Assembly (NCBI GenBank): GCA_963829525.1
Contig: CAWHIJ010000003.1
Span: 2,336,001-2,400,000, forward strand
Source: an uncultured Actinomycetota bacterium
GTDB taxonomy: Bacteria; Actinomycetota; Actinomycetes; JAHEKZ01
Reading direction: 5' to 3'
DNA length: 64,000 nucleotides
In this document: positions 1-10,419 of the stretch, piece by piece
Layout of the letters: the number at the start of each line of letters is the position of its first letter
Numbering within the stretch: position 1 is the stretch's first letter
Notes under the pieces: generated by a model
Told to the model about the DNA's origin: nothing
Database searches by the model: none
What the model saw: only the letters and a program-made list of their open reading frames with translations
Position numbers and translations under genes: made by a program

Positions 1-91
1 ATGTCGCGCAGCCTGAGGAGACGCCGTGGCCTCGCCATCGATGACTAGAACCACGCGCTCGACGCCCACTCAACGCCAACCGGCAAAGACG

Positions 92-129
92 CCCGCCCGG
101 TCCACGTCCGACCCCGTGGACCGGGCGGG
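92..129. terminator. 15-bp perfect GC-rich hairpin, probable terminator of a gene upstream of the window
   Basis: cccgcccggtccacg (92-106) / cgtggaccgggcggg (115-129) are exact reverse complements; no U-tract. Confidence 0.55.
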
Positions 130-211
130 GGGTCGTCGTAGCCAATCGGCAGGAGCCACCTCAAAGGGGGGCTCCTCGCGCCGACGCCGCCGAAGCGGCA
201 AGAATGGCACC

Positions 212-670
212 ATGCACGTGTCCGCGAAGGTCGACTACGCCATGAGGGCCCTGCTTGTCATTGCCCGCGAGTCCGGCCAGGACGGAACCCTCATCAAGGG
301 CGAACACCTCGCGGCCCAACAAGACATCCCCGCCCGGTTCCTCGAAGGGATCCTCCGACAGCTGAGGCAGGCTGGGATCGTAGCGAGCCAGCGAGGTGCT
401 GACGGCGGGTACCGGCTGGCTAGGTCGGCGTCGGCCATCACGGTCGCTGACGTGGTCCGAGCGCTCGACGGTCCCCTCGCAGACGTGCGCGGAGACCGTC
501 CCGAGAACGCCGACTATGAAGGAGCCGCCGAGCATCTTCGCGATGTGTGGGTGGCAACGCGAGCTGCGTTGCGAGGCGTGCTCGAGCACGTGACGCTGCA
601 AGACATCGCCAGCGGCCAGCTGCCCGCACCGGTGACTGACCTGACCACCGACCCCTCGGCCTGGTCGTAG
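212..670 (+). CDS. Rrf2 family transcriptional regulator (Cys-less, CymR-like)
   Basis: MHVSAKVDYAMRALL...S-x-RGADGGYRLAR...ITVADVVRALDGPL; AAGAAT -10 lies 6 nt before ATG 212. Confidence 0.9.
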   Translation: MHVSAKVDYAMRALLVIARESGQDGTLIKGEHLAAQQDIPARFLEGILRQLRQAGIVASQRGADGGYRLARSASAITVADVVRALDGPLADVRGDRPENADYEGAAEHLRDVWVATRAALRGVLEHVTLQDIASGQLPAPVTDLTTDPSAWS

Positions 671-708
671 CCGGTCATCTGAGGCAGGCCTCACCTAGCA
701 CTCAATCC

Positions 709-1488
709 ATGTCTCTCACCGAAGGCAGCCTTGCCTTCCTGCTCGCCATGGGTATCTCAGCGCTGACAGTTCCGGCTGGCGTGTCCGGCGCCGTCTTCCT
801 CCTTCCGGCGCAACTGTCGCTCCTCGGCATGCCGAGTCCGGCTGTTACGCCCACGAACCTGCTCTACAACGTCATCGCCACACCGGCAGCCATTCTGCGG
901 ATGCGCCGCCATGGGCACACCTCGAGCGAGTTAGTGCGGCCGGTGCTGTACGGGGCCCTGCCCGGTGTCGCAGTTGGTGCGGTCCTTCGTACGACGGTGG
1001 CGTCCGGCGCTGGCGTGTTCCGCATGCTGGTGGGTCTGATGCTCGTCCTTCTCGGCACCCATCTGCTTCGGCGCGCCAGCCACGCCGACAGCCGACGCAG
1101 CCGCCACCCTTCGTCGCGAAGTCTGGTTCTCCTGGGGCTCGCGACGGGAACGATCGGTGGCCTCTACGGGATCGGCGGTGGGTCGATCCTCGCTCCCCTG
1201 CTCGCATTCATGGGGTTTGCCCTCGCCGATGTCGCGGTGGCGGCCCTGACGGTCACCTTCGCCACCTCGGTGGCCGGGGTGCTCGCCTTCACCCTGCTGG
1301 CACTGCTCGGTCGAACCGAAGCGGCTCCTGACTGGGCCATCGGGACCATCCTCGGTCTCGGTGGGCTCGTCGGGGGCTACCTCGGAGCGATCTGCCAGCC
1401 CTACTTGCGAGAAACGACCCTCCGCAAAATGCTCGGCGGTCTCGCCCTGGCGGTGGGTGCGACCTATCTCGTCGTAGCGCTGACCTAG
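709..1488 (+). CDS. TauE/SafE (TSUP) family sulfite exporter-like membrane protein
   Basis: Hydrophobic 259 aa with GVSGAVF and GGLYGIGGGS motifs; follows Rrf2. Confidence 0.8.
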   Translation: MSLTEGSLAFLLAMGISALTVPAGVSGAVFLLPAQLSLLGMPSPAVTPTNLLYNVIATPAAILRMRRHGHTSSELVRPVLYGALPGVAVGAVLRTTVASGAGVFRMLVGLMLVLLGTHLLRRASHADSRRSRHPSSRSLVLLGLATGTIGGLYGIGGGSILAPLLAFMGFALADVAVAALTVTFATSVAGVLAFTLLALLGRTEAAPDWAIGTILGLGGLVGGYLGAICQPYLRETTLRKMLGGLALAVGATYLVVALT

Positions 1489-2459
1489 CGCTCCGTGGGT
1501 GCGAGCGTAGCTGCGGCGGTGTACGGATCGGTCTCCCCTGAGACAACGTCAGCAGCGAGGCGGTCCAGTTGTTGAGCAGCATCGCTGTTGTTCAGGCCAG
1601 ACCGCACTGCGGCAACAACCAGCGCCTCGATCTCGGCCCTGGCACGGAACTGGCGGCGCACCCGCAGCTCGTCGTGGTCGACGAGATGGGCCCGGTGCCG
1701 GTCGATCTCATCAAGGAGCTCGTCGATCCCCTCTCCGCGCGAGGCGACCGTCTTGAGGATCGGCGGACGCCACTCGGGTGCATCTGCCCCCTCGACGTTG
1801 CGACCAATGGCCAGCATGGAGCGCAGCTCACGCGCGGTGACGTCAGCACCGTCACGGTCAGCCTTGTTGACGCAGTACACGTTGCCGATCTCAAGGATGC
1901 CGGCCTTTGCGGCCTGGATGGCGTCGCCCATGCCTGGGGCGAGCAGAACCACCGTGGTGTCGGCCAAACCTGCAACCTCGACCTCAGATTGTCCGACACC
2001 CACCGTCTCGATCAGGACGACGTCACATCCCGCAGCGTCGAGGACGCGCACCGCTTGAGGTGCAGCCGCAGCGAGGCCACCGAGATGACCGCGGGTGGCC
2101 ATCGACCGGATGAAGACTCCCGGATCGGTGGCGTGCTCCTGCATGCGCACGCGGTCACCGAGCAACGCCCCACCGGTGAACGGCGAGGAGGGGTCGACCG
2201 CCAGCACTCCGACGCGGCGTCCGGATAGGCGCAGCGCCGTCACCAGTGCTGACGTCGTCGTCGACTTCCCAACGCCCGGCGCACCCGTCAGCCCCACCAC
2301 GTGCGCACGCCCGGTGAGCGGCGCCAACAGGCGAGCCAACTCGACCAACAGCGGCGACTGGTCCTCAACCAGCGAGATCAGTCGCGCCACCGCCCGCGCA
2401 TCACCCTCGGTGGCCCTGGTGACGAGCTCGGTCGGGTCACCCGCGGGCGACCGGCTCAG
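1485..2459 (-). CDS. meaB: Methylmalonyl-CoA mutase-associated GTPase MeaB (start probably CTG at 2459)
   Basis: [10 protein letters not shown]-loop, [33 protein letters not shown]; conserved N-terminal helix extends upstream of 2390. Confidence 0.92.
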   Translation of the reverse strand: MSRSPAGDPTELVTRATEGDARAVARLISLVEDQSPLLVELARLLAPLTGRAHVVGLTGAPGVGKSTTTSALVTALRLSGRRVGVLAVDPSSPFTGGALLGDRVRMQEHATDPGVFIRSMATRGHLGGLAAAAPQAVRVLDAAGCDVVLIETVGVGQSEVEVAGLADTTVVLLAPGMGDAIQAAKAGILEIGNVYCVNKADRDGADVTARELRSMLAIGRNVEGADAPEWRPPILKTVASRGEGIDELLDEIDRHRAHLVDHDELRVRRQFRARAEIEALVVAAVRSGLNNSDAAQQLDRLAADVVSGETDPYTAAATLAPTER

Positions 2460-3640
2460 GCCGGCACCCGAAGGATGAGGGCGTCGCCTTGCCCGCCGCC
2501 GCCGCAGAGCGCCGCCGCACCAACGCCACCACCACGTCGCTTTAACTCCAGCGCAAGCGTCAGCGCCAACCGGGCCCCACTCATGCCGATGGGGTGGCCG
2601 AGAGCGATGGCACCCCCGTTGGGGTTCACCTTCTCTTCAGAGATGCCCAGCACCCGAGCAGACACGATGCCGACAGCGGCGAACGCCTCATTGATCTCGA
2701 GAACGTCTAGGTCGTCGACCGACAACCCCTCACGATCCAGCGCCTTCTTGATCGCGTTCGCTGGTTGCTCGTGAAGCGATGTGTCAGGTCCCGCCACGAT
2801 GCCGTGCGCTCCGATCTCGGCCAGCCAGTTCAGGCCCAGCTGCTCGGCCTTCGCCTTGCTCATCACCACGACCGCTGCGGCTCCGTCAGAGATCTGCGAT
2901 GCCGAACCGGCGGTGATCGTGCCATCCTTGCGGAACGCCGGACGCAGGCGTCCCAACGACTCGACCGTGGTGTCAGCGCGGATGCCCTCATCCTCGGCGA
3001 AGACAATCGGGTCACCACGACGCTGGGGGATTTCGACCGGAACGATCTCTTCGGCGAAGATGCCGTTCTTCTGGGCCACAGCCGCCCGCTGATGCGAGCG
3101 AGCGGAGAAGGCGTCCTGCTCCTGACGGGTCAACGAGTAGCGCTCGTTGTAGCCGTCGGTGGACGATCCCATGGGCTCGCCGTCAAACGCATCGGTCAGG
3201 CCATCGAAGGCCATCGCGTCGACCAGCTGGGTGTTGCCGTACTTGAATCCCTCGCGGGACTTCGGCAAGACGTGCGGGGCGTTGGTCATCGACTCCATGC
3301 CACCAGCCACCACGATCTGAACCTCCCCGGCGCGTATCAGCTGGTCGGCGAGGGCGATTGCGTCCAGGCCGCTGAGACACACCTTGTTTATGAGGATCGA
3401 GGGCACCGTCATGGGGATCCCGGCATCGGCGGCTGCCTTGCGCACCGGCAGCTGGCCGGCACCGGCCTGCAGAACCTGGCCCATGATCACGTAGTCAACC
3501 TGGTCGCCGCCCACCCCCGAACGTTCAAGGGCCGCCTTGATGGCCACCGACCCCAGCTCCGCGGCAGTGAAGCCCTTGAGTGATCCCAGCAGGCGCCCCA
3601 TTGGGGTACGCGCGCCGGTAACGATGACAGACGAGGTCAT
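2456..3640 (-). CDS. Acetyl-CoA C-acetyltransferase (thiolase)
   Basis: [34 protein letters not shown] motifs; RBS GGGAGG before ATG 3640. Confidence 0.95.
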   Translation of the reverse strand: MTSSVIVTGARTPMGRLLGSLKGFTAAELGSVAIKAALERSGVGGDQVDYVIMGQVLQAGAGQLPVRKAAADAGIPMTVPSILINKVCLSGLDAIALADQLIRAGEVQIVVAGGMESMTNAPHVLPKSREGFKYGNTQLVDAMAFDGLTDAFDGEPMGSSTDGYNERYSLTRQEQDAFSARSHQRAAVAQKNGIFAEEIVPVEIPQRRGDPIVFAEDEGIRADTTVESLGRLRPAFRKDGTITAGSASQISDGAAAVVVMSKAKAEQLGLNWLAEIGAHGIVAGPDTSLHEQPANAIKKALDREGLSVDDLDVLEINEAFAAVGIVSARVLGISEEKVNPNGGAIALGHPIGMSGARLALTLALELKRRGGGVGAAALCGGGGQGDALILRVPA

Positions 3641-3710
3641 GGACTGACCCTCCCATCCGAGACACGGAAATCTTAGGTACGGGTGATCGCTGCCCAGCCT
3701 AGGGCAGCAT

Positions 3711-3740
3711 GGCGACAGCCCAGGCGACAACCCAGGCGAT
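3711..3740. repeat. 12-bp-period direct repeat in the divergent thiolase/mce intergenic region
   Basis: ggcgacagccca-ggcgacaaccca-ggcgat. Confidence 0.5.
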
Positions 3741-3849
3741 GGTCCTCGGATCAGTTGTCCGGGGTGAGATAGACCCCCGGCACGCTTCCGCAGCCGTGCC
3801 CTGCCACGATGTCATCCGGACCTCGACTCCACCGAGAGGGGATCTGGAG

Positions 3850-4293
3850 ATGGCATCAGCCACCCTGACCAACCTGTTCACCGCGATCGACCACGTCGGC
3901 GTCGCCGTCAGCGACCTCGACGAGGCCATCGCCTACTACCGCGACGTCTTCGGCATGCAGCTGGCGCATGAGGAAAGCAACCCCGATCAAGGGGTGCGCG
4001 AGGCGATGATGAGCGTCGGTGACTCCGGCTCCTATGTGCAGCTGCTCGCGCCACTGTCGCCAGACTCACCGATCGGCAAGTTCCTCGACCGCAGTGGCCC
4101 GGGGCTGCAGCAGGTGGCCTATCGCGTCGATGACATCGCGGCTGTCAGCGCGATCCTCCGTGAACGCGGTTGCCGGCTGCTCTACGACGAACCGCGTCCA
4201 GGCACGGCCGGCGCTGTGATCAACTTCGTCCATCCCAAGGACGCCGGTGGCGTCCTGCTCGAACTCGTGCAGCCGCCGAAGTCGGCCCACTAG
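3850..4293 (+). CDS. mce: Methylmalonyl-/ethylmalonyl-CoA epimerase
   Basis: IDHVGVAV...QGVREAM...GLQQVAYRVDD...FVHPKDAGGVLLELVQ. Confidence 0.93.
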   Translation: MASATLTNLFTAIDHVGVAVSDLDEAIAYYRDVFGMQLAHEESNPDQGVREAMMSVGDSGSYVQLLAPLSPDSPIGKFLDRSGPGLQQVAYRVDDIAAVSAILRERGCRLLYDEPRPGTAGAVINFVHPKDAGGVLLELVQPPKSAH

Positions 4294-4330
4294 AGTCCTG
4301 ACCCTGCGACCATCCGTCCCGGAGGCCGAC

Positions 4331-5677
4331 GTGCAGCCCATGCAGCAGATCATTGACGCCATCACCTCAAGCGAGGCGTCGTCTGACGACTTCGCGGCTC
4401 TCGAGGTTCCCGAGTCGTACACCGGGGCGCTTCTCCGCCAGGAGGACGAGAAGATGTTCGAGGGCGTGCCAACCTTCGACCGCGACCCGCGCAAGTCGCT
4501 GCGTATCGAGGACGTTCCGGTCCCCGAGGTCGGACCCGGCGAGGCCCTCATCGCGGTCATGGCCTCGTCGATCAACTACAACACCGTCTGGTCGAGCATC
4601 TTCGAACCCGTGTCTACCTTCGGATTCCTGCGCCGCTACGGACGCACGTCTCCCCTGGCCAAGCGTCATGACCTGCCCTACCACGTCATCGGGTCCGACC
4701 TGTCCGGCGTTGTTCTGCGCACCGGTCCAGGCGTCCACGTCTGGCACCCAGGCGACGAAGTCGTCGCACACTGCCAGTCGGTCGAGCTGGAGAGCCCGCT
4801 CGGTCACAACGACACCATGCTCGACCCCGAGCAGCGGATCTGGGGCTTTGAGACAAACTTCGGTGGGCTTGCGCAGCTGGCTTTGGTCAAGTCGAACCAG
4901 CTGCTCGAAAAGCCGGCCCACCTCAACTGGGAGGAAGCCGCGTCGCCCGGTCTGGTCAACAGCACCGCTTACCGCCAGCTGGTCAGTCGCAATGGCGCGG
5001 GCATGAAGCAGGGGGACATCGTCCTGATCTGGGGAGCGAGCGGTGGCCTCGGCTCCTACGCCACTCAGATGGCGCTCAACGGAGGAGCCACGCCTGTCTG
5101 CATCGTGTCGTCCCCTGAGAAGGCCGAGATCGTCCGCAGCATGGGCGCCGATCTCATCATCGACCGCAGCGCAGAGAGCTACCGGTTCTGGAAGGACGAG
5201 TCCACCCAGGATCCGTCGGAGTGGAAAAGATTCGGTAGCAAGATTCGCGAGCTCACCGGTGGCGACGACGTCGACATCGTCTTCGAACACCCTGGACGGG
5301 AGACCTTTGGCGCGAGCGTCTACGTCGCGCGCAAGGGCGGGACGATCGTCACGTGCGCGTCGACCTCCGGTTACATGCACGAGTACGACAACAGGTACTT
5401 CTGGATGAACCTTAAGCGCATTGTCGGATCACACTTTGCCAACTACCGCGAGGCATGGGAGGCCAACCGCCTCATCCAGCGTGGCAAGATCCACCCGACG
5501 CTGTCGAAGTCCTACCCCCTCGTCGAGACCGGTCAGGCCGCCTTCGAGGTGCACCGCAACATGCACCAGGGAAAGGTCGGCGTGCTGTGCCTGGCGCCTG
5601 AAGAAGGGCTCGGAGTCCGTGACCCCGAACTTCGTGCCAAGCACCTGGACGCGATCAACCGCTTCCGCGAGAAGTAG
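4331..5677 (+). CDS. ccr: Crotonyl-CoA carboxylase/reductase
   Basis: MASSINYNTVW, HNDTMLDPEQRIWGFETNFGG, GSHFANYREAW; GGAGG RBS before GTG 4331. Confidence 0.95.
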   Translation: MQPMQQIIDAITSSEASSDDFAALEVPESYTGALLRQEDEKMFEGVPTFDRDPRKSLRIEDVPVPEVGPGEALIAVMASSINYNTVWSSIFEPVSTFGFLRRYGRTSPLAKRHDLPYHVIGSDLSGVVLRTGPGVHVWHPGDEVVAHCQSVELESPLGHNDTMLDPEQRIWGFETNFGGLAQLALVKSNQLLEKPAHLNWEEAASPGLVNSTAYRQLVSRNGAGMKQGDIVLIWGASGGLGSYATQMALNGGATPVCIVSSPEKAEIVRSMGADLIIDRSAESYRFWKDESTQDPSEWKRFGSKIRELTGGDDVDIVFEHPGRETFGASVYVARKGGTIVTCASTSGYMHEYDNRYFWMNLKRIVGSHFANYREAWEANRLIQRGKIHPTLSKSYPLVETGQAAFEVHRNMHQGKVGVLCLAPEEGLGVRDPELRAKHLDAINRFREK

Positions 5678-5683
5678 GTCGGC

Positions 5684-6424
5684 TCACCCGTCCACGCGGC
5701 GCATCAGGCGTCGCAGTGCCGACGCCACCTCAGCAGGGGCCTCGAGCGGAGTGAGGTGTCCAGCATTGGCGACGACGACGAGTTCACCGTCGGACAGAAC
5801 CGCGGCCATCGCCTCCGCGTCAGAAGGTGGCGAAAGGACGTCTTCAGCGCCCACTGCGACGAGTGCGGGAACATCGATCGCGGCGAGAGTCGGCACCGAG
5901 TCGGGCCGCACCGCCATGGCCAACTGCGCCCAGGCGGCTGCGGCAGGGGGTGCAGCACTCACCGATGCTCGTACGGACGCAGCAAGCTCTGGCCGCTGCG
6001 CGTGCGTCGTGGCCCCCAGCAACTTTGGGTAGACGTTCTCGAGCAGCGGCACAGTAGTCGCTTGGTCGCGCATGACACGTGCCATGGCGCGGCGTCCCGC
6101 TGCCGCCGACTCAGCGTCGGCCGACGCCTTGGTATCGATCAGCGCCAGCCCGGCGACTCGTTCGCGATAGCGGCGACAGAAGGCCATTGCGGTGTAGCCA
6201 CCCATCGACGTGCCGCCGATGACGACGCGGTCAAGAGCTGCTGCATCGAGTTCTCGCGCAACGTGGTCGGCATAGACATCGAGACTCGGCTCGAGATCAG
6301 GCACGCTCGAGCCACCAAACCCTGGCAGGTTCGGTGTGAGCAGTCTCCCGTTGAAAGCTGCTGCCACGTCGGCGTACATCGCGGCGTTCAACGGGAAGGC
6401 GTGCAGCAAGACCAATGGTGTCAT
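5684..6424 (-). CDS. Alpha/beta fold hydrolase
   Basis: LLHAFP, GTSMGG nucleophile elbow, AGHLTPLEAP. Confidence 0.88.
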   Translation of the reverse strand: MTPLVLLHAFPLNAAMYADVAAAFNGRLLTPNLPGFGGSSVPDLEPSLDVYADHVARELDAAALDRVVIGGTSMGGYTAMAFCRRYRERVAGLALIDTKASADAESAAAGRRAMARVMRDQATTVPLLENVYPKLLGATTHAQRPELAASVRASVSAAPPAAAAWAQLAMAVRPDSVPTLAAIDVPALVAVGAEDVLSPPSDAEAMAAVLSDGELVVVANAGHLTPLEAPAEVASALRRLMRRVDG

Positions 6425-6439
6425 GGTGTTGAGGACCTC

Positions 6440-7516
6440 TCAGGGACTGGCTGACAGGACGACGAACCCTGCGAAGAGCACCAGGTGCACGCCGCCCTGC
6501 ATCACGGTGGACCTGCCCGGAGTAATGGTCAAGGCTGCCACGAACATCGTGATCGCGAGTAGCACGACCTGAACAGGCGCAAGACCGAGGAGCAGCGGGG
6601 TATCGATGATCTCTGACAACACCGCGATCACGGGAATCGTCAGCCCGATACTCGCCATTGCCGAGCCCAGCGCGAGATTCAGGCTGGCCTGCATCTGGTT
6701 GCCCCACGCCGCGCGAACAGCCGCTGCTCCCTCGGGAAGCAGGATCAAGAAGGCGATCACCACACCGACGAAGGATGCAGGGAGTCCGGCGGCATCGATC
6801 CCTTCCTCGATGTTGGGCGAGACGGTCTTTGCCAACCCCACGACGGCGACCAGTGCCACCACGAGCAACACCAGACTTGTCACGGCTTCCCTTGCACCGG
6901 GCGAGCTGGCGACGAGGGCATCATCTCGATCATCGGTGGCATCGTCCGATACGAAGTAGTCGCGATGGCGGATCGCTTGCACGAAGACGAAGAGCCCGTA
7001 GAGGGAGAGCGACGCCAAGGATGCGTAGGCGAGCTGTCCACCGCTCAGCGTCGGCCCCGAAGTCGTTGTCGTGTAGGCAGGAACCACAAGAGTCAAGGTG
7101 GCCAGGGCAGCTACTGTCGCGAGCGCTGCGCCAGAGCCTTCTGCGTTGAACGTGGGGATGTGGTGTCGAAACGCCGCCGTCAGAAGCGCCACTCCGATGA
7201 TCCCGTTGCAGGTGATCATGACGGCCGAGAAGACGGTGTCCCGAGCCAAGGATGAAGGCTCAGGCCCAGCCGAGACCATCACTGCGACGATGAGGGCCAC
7301 CTCGATCACGGTGACGGCCACCGCAAGGATCAACGTCCCGAACGGTTCGCCGACACGGTGGGCGACGATCTCGGCGTGGTACACGGCAGCGACGATCGTT
7401 ACCGCAAGCAGCGCGACATCGACGCCAAGGGTCAACCCGTTGAGCGGACGGTCCCACGACACGACGAGGGCGACCAACGCCGCCCAAGGCGCCACAAAGG
7501 CAAGGCGCCGGATCAC
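6440..7516 (-). CDS. Ca2+/H+ antiporter (ChaA/y4hA-like)
   Basis: HAEIVAHRVGEPFGTLILAVAVTVIEV, LLPE, LNLALGSAMASIGLTIP; GTGA overlap with the upstream gene. Confidence 0.88.
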   Translation of the reverse strand: MIRRLAFVAPWAALVALVVSWDRPLNGLTLGVDVALLAVTIVAAVYHAEIVAHRVGEPFGTLILAVAVTVIEVALIVAVMVSAGPEPSSLARDTVFSAVMITCNGIIGVALLTAAFRHHIPTFNAEGSGAALATVAALATLTLVVPAYTTTTSGPTLSGGQLAYASLASLSLYGLFVFVQAIRHRDYFVSDDATDDRDDALVASSPGAREAVTSLVLLVVALVAVVGLAKTVSPNIEEGIDAAGLPASFVGVVIAFLILLPEGAAAVRAAWGNQMQASLNLALGSAMASIGLTIPVIAVLSEIIDTPLLLGLAPVQVVLLAITMFVAALTITPGRSTVMQGGVHLVLFAGFVVLSASP

Positions 7517-8241
7517 GGGGCATCCTCCTCGCGCCACTCGGTGGGCAGCTTGACCGGACGTCCCAACGCGACGGACGCGACGACGTTGAGCACCTGGCTG
7601 ACGTAGTTCTCCCCCACCCAGAGGTGCTTGGCCCCTTCGACGCCGATCACCGTGGCCGTCGGCACCACCGCAAATCGCTGGCGGGCCTCGTCCGGGCGCA
7701 AGTAGTCGTCGAGCTCGGGAACCAGGACTGTCATGGGGATGCGGCTGTCCGCCCAAGCTGCAAGCTCAACCTCGGAGGTGTAGCGAAGGGCCGGCGACAA
7801 CAGCACCACCGAATCCACGCCGGTCTGACGCCCGTACTTGAGCACGAGGTCGGTCCCAAACGACCAGCCGAGAAGTACGACGGGAGGTGCACCCAGATCG
7901 AGCCCGGCCGCCATCGCGGCATCGACATCGAACCGCTCACCACGAGCCTCGTCGAAGATGCCTTCGCTCGTGCCGTGGGGCGAGGTCGTCCCACGCGTGT
8001 TGAAGCGCAGCACGGCGATGTCGGCCAGGGCCGGTAGCCGGAGGGATGCCTTCCGGATCACGTGCGAGTCCATGAACCCCCCAGCCGTCGGCAGCGGATG
8101 AAACGTCACGAGCGTTGCAGCGGGAGCAGCGTCCAGGGGAATCGACCACTCCGCAACGAGATCAAGACCATCGCCTGTGTGCAGGGTGAACACGTCACGA
8201 CGAGCCGGAAGCTCAGTGTTGGATCGGATTTCGACCGTCAT
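7513..8241 (-). CDS. Alpha/beta hydrolase, conserved actinobacterial
   Basis: HPLPTAGGFMDSH, RFNTRG, GWSFG, AKHLWVGE. Confidence 0.85.
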   Translation of the reverse strand: MTVEIRSNTELPARRDVFTLHTGDGLDLVAEWSIPLDAAPAATLVTFHPLPTAGGFMDSHVIRKASLRLPALADIAVLRFNTRGTTSPHGTSEGIFDEARGERFDVDAAMAAGLDLGAPPVVLLGWSFGTDLVLKYGRQTGVDSVVLLSPALRYTSEVELAAWADSRIPMTVLVPELDDYLRPDEARQRFAVVPTATVIGVEGAKHLWVGENYVSQVLNVVASVALGRPVKLPTEWREEDAP

Positions 8242-8513
8242 CGCGGACCGCGACGATCGCGCGCGTTCCAGCACGTCGTGTGCCAGTGACGGCGCCGGTC
8301 GATTCCGTCACCGACGATGGCGGTCTCGGGCCAGACCACCATGTGCGGTGTGGCAGGAGGGATCAGCTGGTCGCAGCCAGGGCACCGGTAAGGCTTGGTC
8401 GACGACGAACCGCGAATCGGCCGGACCACCCAGGGCTCCCCCTGCCAGTCGACTGTCGTCTCGACGGCCGACACCGGTTTGGTCGGTCGCGACTTCGGCC
8501 GGCGCTTACTCAT
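8238..8513 (-). CDS. Small conserved putative Zn-finger protein (Rv1322-like)
   Basis: YRCPGCDQLI...HMVVWP...RRHWHTTCW; ATGA overlap with the next gene. Confidence 0.8.
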   Translation of the reverse strand: MSKRRPKSRPTKPVSAVETTVDWQGEPWVVRPIRGSSSTKPYRCPGCDQLIPPATPHMVVWPETAIVGDGIDRRRHWHTTCWNARDRRGPR

Positions 8514-8516
8514 GGA

Positions 8517-10294
8517 TCAGGCGTAGACGCGGAACCCGCGCGTCGACTTCCGGCCGAGGTACCCGGCGGTGACGAGGTGTTCGAGCAAAGGCGCGGGAGC
8601 GTACCCAGGCTCACGGAACTCGAGGTAAAGCGTCCGCTGAATGGCCAGTGCGACGTCTAGCCCCACGACATCGAGCAGCTCGAACGGCCCCATCGGATAT
8701 CCGCAGCCGACCTTCATCGCATTGTCGATGTCGTCAGCGGTCGCGTAGTGCGCCTCAAGCATCCGCACTGCATCATTCAAGTACGGGAAGAGCAGAGCGT
8801 TGACGATGAACCCGGCACGGTCGCCACACGTGACCGGATGCTTGCCGACCCGCTCGCAGACCTGGCGGACCGTCTCGACCACCTCGGGGCCGGTGTTGAT
8901 GGTGTGCACCACCTCGACCAGCTTCATCACCGGCGCCGGGTTGAAGAAATGCATACCGACGACGTCCCTCATCCGGGCTGTCGACGCCGCGATCTCGACG
9001 ATGGGCAGACTCGAGGTGGTGGTTGCCAAGATCGCGCCGGGCTTGGCTAGCTCGTCCAGCGTGGCGAAGATCGCCTGCTTGACCGAAAGCTCCTCAACTG
9101 TCGCCTCCAGGAAGAGGTCGCAGTCAGCGAGGTCATCGAAGGAGGTACTGCCGCTGAAACGTCCGAGTGCGGCATCGCGCTCCTCCTCGGTGATCTTCCC
9201 TCTGACGACGGCTTTCTCCAGGGATTTGCCTATAGAGAGCCGCGCCTTGTCGATCTGCTCCGTACCGCGCGCGCGAAGCACCACGTCGTACCCGGCCTTG
9301 CAGAAAACCTCAGCGATCCCCACGGCCATCGTTCCTGAGCCAACAACTCCGACCCGTTGGATGGGACGCGGCCTCTGAGCCATCGCCATTCGGCACCGGT
9401 GTCTGTGCATCGGCGACGAAAGCCGGTGACCCCGGTGCCTCGTAGGTGTAGAAGCCGCGTCCGGTCTTGCGACCCTTCACGCCGGCCGTCACCATCTGCT
9501 TGATGATCGGAGCAGGGGCGTGGAGGCGGTCACGCGTCTGCTTGTACATCGTGTCGAGGATCTCGTAGGCGGTATCGAGCCCGATCAGGTCGAGCAGCGC
9601 GAGGGGTCCCATCGGAAGGCCGCAGCCCAGCTTCATCGCGGCATCGATGTCTTCACGCGTCGCGTAGCGCTGCTCATACATCGCAGCGGCATGGTTGAGG
9701 TAGCCGAAGAGAAGCGCGTTGGCGATGAAGCCTGCCTTGTCGCCCACGACGACGGGAACCTTGCCGAGTCGCTCGCTGAGCGCTTTGACGTCGTCGATCA
9801 CCTGGGCGTCAGTGACGACGGTGCGGATGACCTCGACGAGCTTCAGAACCGGAGCCGGGTTGAAGAAGTGCATGCCGACCACCTGGGCCGGCCGATGCGT
9901 CGCCACCGAGATCTCGGTGACCGACAACGACGAGGTGTTTGTGGCGAGGATCGCGTCGGGGGCCGTGATCCGGTCGAGCTCGGCGAAGATCTGCTGCTTG
10001 AGCTCAAGCTTCTCTGGTACTGCCTCGACCACCAGGTGGCAGTCCGCCAGGTCCTCCAGCGACGAGGTAAAGGTGATCCGGTCAAAGATCGCCTGCTTCT
10101 CCTCTTCCGAGAGCTTGCCGCGCTTGACCGCTCGCGAGGTGGACGTCTCGACGTGCTCGATGCCACTGGGCAATGCGCGACTCGTCACGCTCGACGGCGA
10201 CGACCTCGAGGCCGTTGCGTGCGAACACTTCCGAGATGCCCGCTCCCATGGTGCCGAGGCCGACAACCCCGACCCGGGTGAACTCACGTGCCAT
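8517..10294 (-). CDS. Tandem two-domain 3-hydroxybutyryl-CoA dehydrogenase, broken by two apparent +1 indels (about 10178 and 9371)
   Basis: Three ORF pieces join into about 591 aa with two GxGTMxxG Rossmann folds and two GMHFFNPAPV motifs. Confidence 0.85.
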
Positions 10295-10419
10295 GACCTA
10301 CTCCTGTGCTGCAACCTGCCGGGACTGGGCCCGGAGCGAGAGCGCGTCAGGCATGACGCCGCCACGACGATCCTCCCACCCCCACGTCAGGTTGGCTGGA
10401 CCCCGGGTAGCGTGATGGC

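Noticed and set aside
1-48. End of an upstream gene
   Set aside because: Too short to assign a frame or product
26-211. N-terminal extension of Rrf2 (likewise the long starts predicted at 46823, 34267, 7756, 30599)
   Set aside because: ORF-caller longest-start artefacts overlapping hairpins or neighbouring genes; better starts have an RBS or -10 support
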